From Blasia pusilla (taxonomy: Eukaryota), in the NCBI GenBank assembly GCA_050084515.1, contig CM114271.1, forward strand, positions 2,294,001-2,358,000: a stretch of 64,000 nucleotides of DNA. Direction: 5' to 3'. The translations under genes and the position numbers were made by a program. The stretch's first letter is position 1; every line of letters begins with the position of its first letter. Below the pieces are notes generated by a model. That model saw only the letters and a list, made by a program, of their open reading frames with translations. It ran no database searches and had not been told where the DNA came from. This document shows positions 35,765-49,700 of the stretch, one piece after another.

Positions 35765-37284
35765 CGCCGATGCCGCACCACCACCAAATTATCACCACTA
35801 AGTAACCAAGTGACATCGATGTCGCTATACTATTCTAGCTCTACTAGCTATGGGTGTAGGCAACCTAACCTGTCATCACTACAAGAAGCATCCCACGGTC
35901 TATTGGTCATCACTCTAGCCTCACTACCGGTAGCACACAAGAGTAACACTGCTCTGGAAATCAGCTTCAACCCTAACAATGGGCGCGCAAGCAAGAAGCA
36001 ACGATGGAGGGGATCCAAACACAGGAAGTCCAACGACAACCCTCCAATCGCAAATGGAAATCAAGGTAACACAATCCACCAAACGTGGCGCCCCTTGAAT
36101 CCACAGAACCCACCACACAATTCTAACGCAATAGCTACTCCGCCGCGGGTCGATGACGTGCTAGTCCAACTTGCAGCACCTGAAAATATCACCTGCATGG
36201 AGAGGCTACACCATACTATGCGCTAGAGGTCCATCAACCAAAAACCTGAGATGCATAAAGCGCCTAACACCTCTCCGACCAACACCAAATGAGCTACAAC
36301 AGTGTGTACACTGGCATAGTTAAGAACTCAGCAATTAAGCGTCTTCCAAGCAGAATAGCCCAAAGATGGGTGACCAGTTATGCAACACTCAAATCACAAA
36401 TCCTGCAAAAAATGCCTCACGCCCAAGCAAGAAAGCTTGCTTGCTTGCTCATTGCTCCTTACTCCGCCTCTCACGCCCACTCACCCCGAGCTACCACGAG
36501 TTGCCTCAAAGCCTCAAAACGCCGAGAAATGCTCAAGACATGCCCCGTTCGCCACGCTTCGCCATGCTTCACCATGCTTCGCTATGGAGAGAGGCCCAAC
36601 CAGGGCGCCCCCAATGGGATAGGCGTCTCCAAAATGAACGAGTCACCACCCAACCAGCCCCTCCGATCCGTTGTCCACCATAGCCAGACCTTGAGCTAGT
36701 CTGCAAAATTTTGATCAGCAATTACTCCACAAATCCTCAACCAAAATTGAATCTGTTTCAACCAGAATTCAATTGACCACCATAACTATCTCTCCACAAA
36801 AAATCAGCTACAACCAAACTGTGTACTCTGAGCTAAAAATCAGACAAACTTGTTGTCCATATACCTCCAGAATCGCAAATCCAACAGCGCTTCCGCCCAG
36901 TTTCATGCACGCAGAAATCCGCAACGGTCCACACACTCGAGAAGATAGCTTCACATGAGATCAAAATACAAGTAGCAACAGGAACCTCTCACCCAATCTG
37001 GATGAAGTTCAACAGAGCTTCCGCACTCCAAGCTCTCCACATCAGAAAATCGTCGAACACGAACCAGAATCTTCAATCCTTGATAACTTCCAACTCCCTT
37101 GACGAAATCCGGGATCTAAAGCGTGTTGGAAAGATCTCAGCAAGGCGCTTCTTTCCCAACCAACCACGCACCAGATTCACACCTCCAACATAGGCCACAA
37201 GCCACGAACATCCATGGATGAGTACACAATCAGCCCTAACAAGATCCTACTGATCCACAATCAAAGCTACCATCGATCTACGTC

Positions 37285-37296
37285 AGTTCTTTGAGT
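37285..37296 (-). promoter_or_regulatory. E2 putative self-priming site at the PBS position
   Basis: Element-sense ACTCAAAGAACT directly after A1 is complementary to AGTTCTTTGAGT in repeat A (28161-28172 in A2, 12/12; 37456-37465 in A1, 10 bp). Confidence 0.65.
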
Positions 37297-37660
37297 GAAA
37301 TCCGTGAAAGACCTACTGTCATAAAACACGTATAGAATCACATACAATCGAGCCAAACCCACTCCACGATGGGAGAATCTAGGTGAAGCTTATGGAAACA
37401 CCATAGCCAAGAGCTCTACTCACTACCAAGGCTAACTCCCAACGCAACAGGCTCAACTCAAAGAATTGACTGTTCTTTGAGTGCACTCCACCTTATATCC
37501 TCCAACCTAAGAGCGGGCCCTCCTGGAAAAGTCACCCTCACTGAGTAACCCCCAACCCTATGTATGAAATCGCATCTCTACCTAGACACTGCGGCCCTAC
37601 ATAAGGTATGGCCTCTACTAGCACACTATACTCTACGACATAATCCGTATGGTCATGACA
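37297..37660 (-). repeat. E2 repeat A1 (364 bp)
   Basis: Direct repeat of 28003-28367 with small indels. Element-sense TATAA at about 37492-37496. Confidence 0.93.
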
Positions 37661-40303
37661 TAAATGACTAGCTTAAGTCATTGTTCATGGTAAATAACTG
37701 AGAATAACTCATGACCATTAGAGTCCTATAAATCAAGTCATTTATAGAAAATGACTAAGGTTACCCAATCGGTAAACGACTCTAGTCATTGATATATGTA
37801 TAATGTATCATGTGTGAAAGCCATGTCACGATGCCACCTTCACATATGACATGGCATGAAGATGATATTATAGTCACCAATGAATACCACCTGTATGAAA
37901 TGACTCAATCATAACTACACTTCCCATCTTATTACATGACATGGCATCTAAGTAGGATTTGAATATCAAATCACATGCGACCATTTGGCACCACGCGGGA
38001 AAGGATAGTGTCATGAAACAATCCAATGACATGTGTCAATAGATCGTCTCTAACGCTTGTAAAACATGGTAGAGATGACTCTATCATAAAGAATGATTGC
38101 ATGAGTTTTATTCAATAACTCATCAAATCATTAGATATGACTATATGAGTCATTTACTGGCTATGTAAGTCATTAAAAATTATTATAAGTAACTTGGTGT
38201 GACGAGGTGAGTCACTTTGAATGACTAGAGACATTGATTGTATTAGTCATGTATACGACTATATTAGTCATTTCTTAGCACTGCGTTCGACATTGTTGTG
38301 ATTGTATTAGTTAAATCAATGATTAGATCAGTCATATTATTAATGAATCGATACTGTTTTGACTTTACTAGTCATTTGCAGATGTTATTGGACTACATTA
38401 GTCATTGTAATCATTGAATGAGCCAAACATAAGGGAGTTGATGGATGTTCTTGTCTCAATATGATGAGATCCATGCAAGAGTTAAAAACATCAAGGTAAT
38501 TCTGACAGCATAAACAAGTCCCAATAGTGAAGATGAACTTCAATATAATCAGATCATTTTGTTCTTGATTACTAGAATAGTGAGGAATCATTGTAGATAA
38601 GGGTCACAATCTCTTCAATAGGGGAAATAGCAAAAAAGAATGAATGAAAAAAATGGACATAAGGTAAAAGAATGGCATGATATCATCATTGTGCCATCTC
38701 TAAATTCTCTGAAAGTTACTTAGAGCTCCTAATGAACAAACCTTTTTAGATTTAACTATGGCCAAATGATAAAAGTCCCTATTGCATCTCCAAGTGTGAG
38801 TTGAGTAGGTTCATTCATTGTGTTCGGATCCCATAGTTGGTGATCATGTTGCATTGTATTCTTTAGGTCCACCTTGACCAAACCGAGACCAATATCCTTC
38901 TCATGGACGGAAGACTACGGAGCCTATGCAAAAAGTAATCTTTGTTATAAGAAGTTAAAAAGAGATGAACTAGATGCCATCCAACTTGTTTTTACTCTTG
39001 GATACCAATTTAATAGATTAGGAGAGAGAAGTGAGTGAGTGAGGAGAGGGTTTAGGGTTTAGAGCAATATACTAGTGCAGCAATATGAGTAAAAGGGATG
39101 GCAATACGGCTACTTGAAGCCATGCCATGGCAATTGGTGTAACTAAGGTTTAATCAAGAGGATGAAGGTTTGGATCAAGAGGATTAACCTAAGGAGGTAT
39201 CTCATTCCCGACCTTTATGAAAAGGCGCAATTTCCCTAAAAATGCTTTTGTCCTCACTCTTACTACATAAGCCATTAAGTTTGAAATAAAGAAGTAAAGT
39301 TTCTTGGAAATCATATTTGTTTGGGAAAGTTTGAGTAATCATTGAAATTACAAGAAAACAAAAACCAATTGTCCACAATATAAGAACTCAATAGCAAAAA
39401 TTCTTTGGATAGAGAAGAGGAATAAACTTGGGAAAGAAAAGAGTCGAACCTTTTTTTAAGCACCATAGATCTCAACAACTATGAGGAAAACTCTAATTCC
39501 TTCACGAATTACCATCACTACTAAGAATCGAGCATTAATAGTAGATACTCTTTCACAAAGCTTTTGTCGGGCACGAAAGGAAGTCATTACACATAAACGC
39601 ATTATTTCTTAAAAGTATGTACATAACAAATAATTTTTGAAAATGAAGAAGATGTTATGTCATCATTATAACAACATAAAAAAACTATTAGAATCAAGTG
39701 AATTCAATTTATTAGATATACAAACCTAAGAAAAAAGAGGGGAAATAAAACAACATCATCCTAAGAAAGGAAAAACAAGAAACGAATTTTTTTTTAAATA
39801 TTTAAACAAACAAACTCAAAAAATTAGTCAATAATTTGAAACAAGTGGGACGAAGACTAGTGAGTGGTGGCGAGTGACGCTAAGCAATTAGGCTGGACAA
39901 ATCAACGCTAATACACGTTGTAATTACGATTGAGAGCAAGCAAAGTGGTGATTCGGGAGCCTTCACGTACTCCACTCTTTGAAGTGATTCAAAGAGTCGA
40001 GTGCGAGAAGGCGCTTATCTTTGAACCGGGAACACATGCTGATCCACAGAAGAATGAATAGCTAACAGGTTTGATGTCGAAGAATTGGCAGGTTAGAGTA
40101 CGTGATTGTGTGAGTCAGAGTTTCATTTCGAGGTTAGCATATGTGTTTGTATGAATAATAGTTCATTTTGAATCTTGCGGCGATTTCTTGACGTCTTCCG
40201 CTTCCTTCTTCGTGCGCAGAGAGCAAAGAATTGCGTGTGAAGGAATGCGTGCATCGACTGTGCGTTGGGCGTGGATGATTTCTGGCGCATCAGCACACAA
40301 GGG

Positions 40304-43300
40304 ATGTACGCCTCTGGGCCACAAGCGTCGGCAGCCGTTCCTCATGGGCAATTGTCTGGACAGTTTCATGGTCCTTCTTCTCGTCCTCCTCCGCCTGCTG
40401 ATTCGTCACGGCGGAGGTGGAAACTGAAGGAAGATCTGGACAGCCTCTTACAGAACATCGCTCTTTTGAAAGCAATGTGAGTACTGGTGCAGCCTCGTCC
40501 CATCCCCCGCTCCGGGGATGTACTGTGTTTCATTCGGGTTTCGTCGTTAGAGCGAGTCGATAAGATGCGCCGGACCCTGGAATCCTCTTGTATTAAACCA
40601 CAAGGAAGCGATTTGAGTGAAATAAATGTCCATGTCGCGTTCTAGTGAACCTCCTCATGATCCGTCGGTGCAGAGATGGAAACTGCGAGAAGACTTGAGC
40701 AGACTGTTTCGTTCTTTTTTGAAATTCATGTTGAAATCAATGTGACGAGTAGTGGTGTAGCCTGTCCGCTTCTTCCGCCACGCAGTTGTTTTGTGCTTTT
40801 TCGGCTTTAGTCGCTGGATTCAATAAGATGTGCCGGTCCTTCAAATCCTCTAGTATTAGTCCATCAGGAAGCGGTCTCAATGAAATATCTGTCCAACTCG
40901 CGTGTGTGCCTACAGAGGTGATGAATTGGAAGCAACGCAAGGACTGCGCGGGCTTGCTGTGGAGCTCAAAGATGTGGTGCAAGAATCCAAGACCTCTATC
41001 GACGAATCTGTCGAAGTCGAAGGTTTACCTGATGCTGATGTCGGGTCTTGCAATGAGTCACAAGAGCGTCTGCTGGAAACCGTACGAGAAAATGTCAATC
41101 GTTGGCCACAGTCAGTATCGTTGGCAATGCAGGCAGCTAAACAACTGGAAGAGGTAGTAAAACTGCAGTTACGCCCTTTTCAGGAAGTTTTGGATGGTAG
41201 TCCTGAGTCTGGAAAAGCAGCGAGTCTTGCTAAGCTTGCAATCCAAAGAAAGAAGCTTCTGCGTAATAGGAAGTGGAGAACGAGACAGAGACGACGTGTG
41301 GCTGAAGCCTTGGAGAAGGTATTTTTATCCCAATAAGCTCCTCGTCGTAGTTGTGGAAAATTCAGAGGAATATGTGATGCGTGAGAATTACGCCACAGTA
41401 TCAAATTCTAACTTCAGATATCCTAGAATCCAGGTTTTAGCTCTGGCCACACGCATTCACCGCTGAAACTCCGTATGTGGCTTCCCATTGTACAGCAAAG
41501 AGGGATGTATGAAGATGCAGACCGTCAAGCTGATGAGTGGAGAGCAAAGGAGATCGCAAAAGCAATAGCCAAGCGGAAGGTGGGTACTTATTTTCTGCTC
41601 GCTTTTGTCGTGAACATGCTCTTTCCACTGAATCACACTCATTGCTGCAGAGCAGCTTAAGAAAAGTGTCTCAAGAGATTTCCTAAACTCTTGTGTTATT
41701 ACTGGGGTTTCTTTGACCTCGTCGAGCTGACTTATCTTCTTGAAGTCCTTCCTGTTGTGTTTTGTTTTGAGCAATGTAGGTCCCATAGCAGACCAATTGT
41801 AGAGACAAATTGATAGCACCTGTGAATAGTTGTTTCTGTGGTTGTTTCACTCAATTTTGCAAGAACCTCATCACAGAGAGAAAAGCCTTCGCGTGTCAAG
41901 TCTGTTTAGTTTCACAACCCCTGGTTTATAAATTATGCAGATGGAAAAAATGAAGGAGCTGGCCGAGAAAAAAGCAAAGGAAGAGAAGTTCAGACGTCAG
42001 AAGGAGGTAAGTCTCAGTGATTGATTCTGCATATCTAAGGCAGATTCTGTTGACCGGATTTAGTATGCTGGCTGCTGCATATTTTGCTTTCTATATTCGC
42101 TGATTAACTTGAAAACTGCAGTAGATTGAGTGTTTGAGGTCGTTTTTATAAAGAAAAAAAGCAGATTGGAGGAGCCCTCGTCTTGGAAAACAATCACAGG
42201 ACAAAGCAGAAATACCGGGCCAGAAGCACTAAACTGTCTAGATTGTTAGCTCTAAACACCAGGCACCATTCAATTGAAGGTCTAGGACCTCTAATTGAAG
42301 AATCACTTACTGCCAGAACTTTCCACTGTAACATATACGTATGCGCCGTCTGAAGGGCTATGCCAACCTTCTGTTTCAGGTATTGTGTGCAACTGAATGG
42401 TGGAATGGATCAAATGGGTGGTTTAAGAGTGCTAGAATGCATGGAGTGATCGATTTTGTTTGTGGATGCATTAGATGGAAACTGTCGTTCTTGTGGAGAA
42501 GCTTCAAGAATTGCGGGCTCTTCGCATCTCCAAGTTGAAGAAACAAGGTTCAATATTTCTCAGCTCTAAGATATTGCACTTGTATCATTTTGTTGGATTT
42601 CTTTTTGGGGGTTTGGAGTGGTTAACTAGTGATTCAGCAAGCTTTAAGGACAAACACATACAAAATGTTGTGAGCCTTTCTCTCAGCAGGAACAGTTGGA
42701 AGGAGTAGCCTTAAGCTAGCTGTATTTGGAGGATTTATTATTGCTTTTCTTGGTGGTGTCCTGTTTATGTCTCTTTTGACAGGTCGCTTCTTCCCTGAAG
42801 AGGACGACGAATTTATGGAACGCGTAAGGGCAGCAGTTGCAGAGGAGGAACGTCAAGCTGCTGCCGCAGCAAATACTAGCGCTGCAGCTGCCGCCATACT
42901 GAATGCAGAAGAAGCTAGAAAGGCTGGCATTGGTATGGGCATTTCAGGTTCCAAGGCAGTAGGATTGGATAAACAAGAATCCCAAGCACCTACCTTGGCT
43001 GTGTCAGTAAAATCAGAAGAACAGAACCTTTCTGGAAACAATGCTGATAAACAATTGAAGACAGACACATCCAAGGTTGATAAGAGACCCACAAATGCTG
43101 ACTCGGAGAAAAAGTTCAGTGGCTTGCTTGAAGGATATGAAGGTCTGCCAGCCGAGTTTCAGCATTACTATTTGGGAAGCAGTTTCGACATAGGGACTCT
43201 GATTGAGGTATGGTTTTGTTTTCAAATGAGGTCAATAAGTTAGCTCTTGAGGAAACTGTTTTCTAGGGGATTTCTTTCAAATCATCCATTGGAAGTGGAG

Positions 43301-43739
43301 GGCAGCATAACTCTCCTCAGCAACATGGCTGAAAGAGGCCGACATTCTGTCCTCAGATTCAAGACTGGACTTGACACAGCTGTCATTTGTCTACAGGTCA
43401 GACAAGCTTGGGATGCTTTTATTATGCACGGAGGCAGGTTAGTGAAAGTTTAATCACGATGGCATGATAGGGTCATTGCTGAGTTCTGTCAGGTGTTCTG
43501 CAGTATTCTTGAAAGTTTTCAGTCATATTGACTTCCAGATGATCATGTGAAATTATTGGGAGAGAAAAATCTCAGACGATCTTGTCGTATTTGTTGCTGA
43601 GTAAGTTGTGTGCGTTCTTTGCCTTCTCAGTCGAATTCCCCAACACTGGGTTGATGCTCCACCACCTGCAGATTCTGTATGGGCTTCTTACATTGTGAAG
43701 CCTAAAACTAGAAGGCGGTATAGGCAGCTAAGGCAGTGA
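40304..43739 (+). CDS. SNRNP59: U11/U12 small nuclear ribonucleoprotein 59 kDa protein (PDCD7-like), multi-exon
   Basis: Spliced exons give RNRKWRTRQRRRVAE, ADRQADEWRAKEIAK, LVEKLQELRALRISKLKKQGRFFPEEDDEFMERVRAAVAEEERQA, LPAEFQHYYLGS, GTLIEVRQAWDAFI, GSRIPQHWVDAPPPADSVWASY. The start ATG at 40304 is inferred. Confidence 0.87.
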
Positions 43740-46700
43740 AAGTTCAAGACTACTGTCCAAGTACAGGTACATTCTCAATCATCCCTTGAAATTCAGCATG
43801 TTTTCATGGTTCTTTAGCCTTCAGATGTTAGAATTGGTGGCTCGCTCTAGTAAGCTCTCTTTATAGTTCTTTTCTTTCATGCTCTCCCTTATCTCTACAA
43901 GAGAAATACAGATGGCAAGGGATGTGAGTCGTAGTGAATATGTGAAGACTCTGTCTAATGTCAAGGATATGTGTTTCTTCTTGCAGTCATACTATTTTTC
44001 AAAATTATGAAGCTTGAGCAATGCCCCGTGCAGACCAGAAGCTAGTAAGTTTTGGAGGAATGCACAGGGTTGAAGATCTTTTACCAGCCACTTAATGAAA
44101 TTGGTGCAAAGAATCACTGCAGATGTGAAACTTCCATGGTCTGATTCCTGCCATTGTTTGAAGCAGAAGATCTGTTCCTTTCAAGTAGCACCACTTTATA
44201 CATGATTTTCTTGTGGTTTTCATTGTGGTGTTGCTATTTCTAGAATTTAACTCTTGATAAGTGACTGTGCAGGCGTTGGTATGTGTACTGTAGTCCACAT
44301 TTGAAATGTTCTTCATTTTGCTGCCCACAGGAAGGAGGGTACACTATATGGACAACATCCATTAAGATTTTCCTGAGAGGAGGATATTTTTGTAAAAGAG
44401 GGAAGTAAAAGAGGTGCAAATGTTTGTGGTTACTGTTCTCTGTGGTTAAAAGATGCAGGGGTGTGACTAAATTGTTCCAGTGAAAGATGCTCATAATGAG
44501 CTGCAAGTAGTCTGCTGCAGTAATATTCTTCAAGGGAGCTGAGCCAGCAACGAAAGGAAAATCTACATATAAAAAGGTGTTCCTTTAAGTTGTGTGCATA
44601 ATTGCAAAAAGATGGATTAATGGGGAAGTCAGTTGAGAGGCATAATTACTGCTAACGATATTCTGATGGTCAGTACAATCTGATCCAAGTGTTTAAGTAC
44701 GAAGTTTCTATCTTTCTGGATATGAATCCTCAGAATTGGTCTGACAACTAATGGATTTGTCTATTCCATCTTCTTCAAGTAGTTAGTTGGTCCAGGTGGA
44801 TTTGTTATTTTCCTTTCAACACCATCCTGAAACATGCCCATTCGCCTTATTGACTTTTGTATCTGAAAGGAGATACCAAGGACAGGAATAGTGACCCAAA
44901 GTTTTCTCATGCAGAGGTGAAGTAATAGAGCTGATGCTTTGGGCCATGAATGCAATGTTACTCCAGGAAATGTGGGACATGTGGGTTTCCATCACCTTTC
45001 CTCCAGAACATGGAATATGCAATTTGTTTGAAATATTGTGTGGGTGATCAGTCTTGGAGCTGCATCTCCTTTGTAAGAGCAGGGTCGCATTACAGCCCAC
45101 TTGACTACTCCCCTGATGTCATGGAGGACTTGTGATCATCTGGGATCCAGCCCATGACCTATTCTAGCACATTGCAGAGCTGCTACAACATGTTATACTA
45201 GGAGCAAGCCGAATGGACCAGAGACTGAAGGACAGTTTCTAAGCTGGAAGATTTCAGACGGAGAAGGGTGGGGTAGTAATTCCAATAATAGTGGAATTGG
45301 GATGTAAAGGCTCTCTTTGGAAGCATGGATATGGTAAAGAGAGTGTAGGCAGCTAGAAATTTCGGTGAGAAGTTGATGGTTTGGTTGCACACATCCTGTC
45401 CTTGTCCAACAGTAGTGTATTGGTGGTGGTCACGGATTTTGATTATTGGTTTATTTGGAATACATGAACTTTTCATTTAGACTGTTGCCATTAACACACC
45501 TGACCTAAAAGGCAAAATAATTGTTTTATTTTATAGCCACTCACAAGTTGCTTGCATTTGCACTTTGTTAAACGTTCAGGTCCTAATCTATATTATTAAG
45601 ATAGGATAGCTTCTTGATTAGCAAGAGTCACTTTGATATACACATGATAGTGGAGTGAGAAGAACGAGTTTTCATAACACAAATAAATAAATAAAATATG
45701 TAGGGGTAGGAAGACTATTCCCATGGTCAGTAATTCTGCGCAAAGCAGGGGCTCTTCATCAGCGTATTGTCATTTTGTGCCACCCTTTCATCAATCCTTC
45801 ATCCCCATTATGAAAGAGGTGCATCCAAATCGTTTACTCAACAATTCATGTTATGACCCCTTACACGGAAAAGCACTTGGTGAATACAAAATTGTTATGA
45901 TCAGGAATAATTTGGGATTTGTTAACACAGCGATGAGAAATGAAAATATGCCGCTTGCCAAACCACAAAACCTGAATCTCCTTACCCCATTTACACTAGT
46001 AAAATCATGATTGTTTGTCTTTGTTTCTCTCAGGTTAAGTTTTCTCACTCGTCTAAAGAGGAGCATTTAATCTCGTTGCCAGGAAACTTTATTATTTGAC
46101 ATCATCATTTGACTTAAACTATCTTATTCCAAACAAAAGAAGTACACCAAATTTGGTTTCACAATAAATACCTTTTGTGAAGAATCCAACCATGAGAGGA
46201 TGTCTTATATTTGCATGCCACAAAGTAAGGTTAAAAATGCATTTTAGCTCTAAAAGTGGACCGTGCATGCGCACTCTCGGTTTATTAGTTTAAGTTCTTT
46301 CCACATGGTACATTGTTGGTATTTCATAGTCGAGATCCGTAAATTTGGATTTTGAACCGATTTTCATACATTTCTTGCCCTTTTTCCTTATCAACTTTAA
46401 GGGAAACAGACATTTCTGATTTCAAGGAGCTACAATTATTCCTACTCCGGGATCTCCCTTATCATTTTATCAATCTACTTGCCCTCAATAATGAACAATC
46501 GCTACATGCATTTGGAAGGCTTCCTTTAGTCCATCTACGGCATTTAATTTGAAATTGTAGCTGATGTCAAATCTAATTTTGTCTCCCAACTCCCTCCTTC
46601 ATTTTTTTTACACTATTTCACCTCCATACATTATTAGTACGGGAGTAAAGCCTCACGCTTACTCAAACGGGGATGAATAACCACTCCCCTATTTTTTTAG

Positions 46701-49700
46701 TGGTTATTCATTGTGGTCCAATCTCACTCACACAAACAAGAAGAGTTTTATTTTTATTCTACATGAAATTTTGACGTAATATTACGAATTAACTAACTCA
46801 ATTTCAAATATATAAACTCTAAAATATAAAATCGTAAGATGAATATGCACGAGAGAATAAAATATCAATACAAAATCGAATTAGTATGAAGGCACTAATT
46901 CGACTTTTTTAATATTCACCGACAAACCTTAAATAAAGACCGGTTACCGGTTCTTGTCGTACGCGTGACCGTGACCAGCCGGATTGGAACTTTCCATCGC
47001 CTCCTCATTTGGTGGCGGCCTCGCACATAGTCACAGCTTCCGGCGGCAACTGGTGTTCCGTCCGAAGTTCCCGTCGCCTCCACATTGGCGGTGACCTCCC
47101 CAGTGTCCCGCCAAGCTCAGCGACGGCACGCACGCACATCCGACGCAGCCAGGGTCCAATGGAAGGTGATGGATGGATCCCATGGGAGAACTACCCGCGA
47201 GGAGCGGGAGGTGTCCGGACCGTGGAGGTCCACGTGTTTGTCGCCGGCCCTCATCATGAGATCCTGGTACACGGATAGCATGCCACGTGTCGTTACTAGT
47301 CCAATCAATAAGTATATAGCGCTCCCCTTATTGCGTATTATGCCGTCAAGACCTCCGCCACGTGCCCCGTAAGAAACAGAGTCTAATCAACGGATTACTT
47401 CCGTTATTCCGTCCGTCTATGATCGACTGAGTTGGATAACTTGGTTCCATCGCGCGTCCGGTAGAACACGTTGTAGTTGGTATTTTCTAGAAATATATAT
47501 TTATATTCTGAAATATTCTGAGACATCTATATAATACTATTCTAAAACATATTAGGTAATCTAGTGTTAATCTAATAAGATAGGAATAAGATAACACTCT
47601 TTGCCATTGAACTATTCATAAAAAAATTTATAAATATTATGAAATATAGTTATATTATTATTTGAGGAGCATTTTTCAAATGGAGACAATTAAATATTCA
47701 CCACATATCATTTTAAGGTAGGGAATGTATGATGTGTGGCATAACAAGAACACGGGTCCTAACTTGTACAATAATATTCTAAAACATATTAGGTATTAGT
47801 GTATTAATCTAGTAAGATAAGAATAAGATAACACTCTTGTAATGTCGTTGGATTATTCGAAAATAAAGTTGTAAAAAATTTGCATGGTCTTTCCTATCCC
47901 CCTCCAATGTGTACTCTCCCCTCATCGAAACTCCCTCCTCTTCTTTGCTTAACTTAACTACTTCCCTTAAAATTACACATGTTAACATCGCACAAATTCA
48001 TGTGTAAACTCTAAACCCTAAACTCCTCTTCTCTTGATAATTTAGAATTTAGAACATGATGGATTGTTGAAACATGTTTCCAGTTTTGTCAGGTATTGCA
48101 TAGAATGCGATATCATTTTATAGCCCATATATTATATTGATGATTTGTTGTTTGTGCCATTGTAGTGGATTATGGATGGAAATGAAAAGCCCTAAAGTGT
48201 GGAAAGATAATGCTAATCCATTGGACACACTTTGAATTTCTAAAGTTTAATATCCAAAAAGTTGATGTGAAAATAACCAAGATAGACTTCCACTTAATAA
48301 TTAATGAAATTCTAACTTCTCTTTGAAAAAAATAATTTTCCCTTTTTGATTGGGGAAAAAAGGATTTATCATTCTTTTTCTCAACCACCATCTCTTGATT
48401 AAAAAAAGAAGATAACTTTGTTTAATCCTGAAATATTTCCCAAAATAATATTTAAAATTTCCTCCCAACCTAGCCTGAATTTTTTAGTAAAGAAATAAAA
48501 ATCACATTCAAATCTTTAAGAATAATTCTTATCCCACCTTTCTTAAGTACTTTGTCTTCTTTTCCCTAAATAACAGTGAATTTTCCACTCCAAACTAAAA
48601 TTGGAAATTGGAAATTTTACTTTTTTTTTGCTCAAACCTTAAAATTTACATTTTTTAAATGGGAAATTACAATGAAGATGAGGAGACCATGAAATTTAAT
48701 TAATTTAAATAATTTTTTTAAATTAAAAAAATCTAATGACTAAAATATCTTTCCCATTGGACTTTTAACTAAATATAAGGTAAATTAAAAAAGTGTGTCA
48801 AGAGACTTGACACACTCAAAAGATCTTTCATTCATAGCTTTTCACAGTGAGCTAGTGCAAATAATAGAACGATTCAAAGCTAATAGAATCAATCAAAATG
48901 AATGATTATTACATCTAAGAGGAGTTTTTAAAGCATCTCTTAGTACCTATTTCATGATTTTAAGAGGATGGAAGTTACTACAACATTGGTTTTTAATGCT
49001 TAGATGACAAATGTCTAAAAAAATTTTTAAAAAAGTGTCTTTCACTTCATACTATAGATTATTTGACGAGATTTTATTTACATGAATATGCATGTTTCTA
49101 GAAGTGTGATTTTTTTTGGAATATCTCCTTTCTTTCTATTTTGAAATTTTATGTGGTTAAATTAAACTTATGTGATGGAAGCCTTTTCTGATTAAAGCGT
49201 CTCTTTTTCTAATTTTGGGACATTTTTGTAGAAATGTTAAGATTGTTGTAGATGATTTGGATATTTTTATCTACATTTTGCAGAGTGGGAAGACGAGACC
49301 TTGTTGGGAGTGCCTTTAGTGCCCAAAAAATCCAACTTTAATAGTTTTTTCTAGAAATCCCTTCCTCTCGCTTTGTTGCCTTGGAGAGAGATCTATTTTC
49401 TATGTGGACTTTTATCCAAAAAAGGATAATCCGAAGACCTAATCTCATATCTTCGACTTGGCCCATTTTTTATTTTTTCTTTGGTGGTATATTTATTTTT
49501 ACTCGTACTTATCAAAATACCAAGGACTTTGGAAGCATTTCCCAAGGAATTTCTTATTTCCCTTCATCATATTCAGTAATTTTCACATTAAAATAAAGTG
49601 TCTCGAATTTTCTTGTTGTAAAGCTTTGCACATAAAGTAAATATGTTTGGCTCTCGATATAATAGGAGTTTAGTCACTCTATAATGGTGTCAATAAGTTG

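Larger units (their letters stand above)
27896..37660 (-). mobile_element. Element E2: second family of split-repeat Ty3/Gypsy-type retroelement with DNMT3-like MTase and PHD (near full length, decayed)
   Basis: Termini in element sense TGTCATG...CACGACA. 4-bp TSD TAAA at 27892-27895 and 37661-37664. A1 37297-37660, B1 28370-28476, A2 28003-28367, B2 27896-28002. Contains gag, Zn knuckle, protease, MTase, RT, RNaseH, integrase and PHD. Confidence 0.95.

Noticed and set aside
38990-39070. Degenerate tRNA-Met PBS-like sequence (minus strand) and two TTTAGGG-like units
   Set aside because: Possibly an old conventional LTR remnant, but no partner LTR, TSD or coding motif could be supported.
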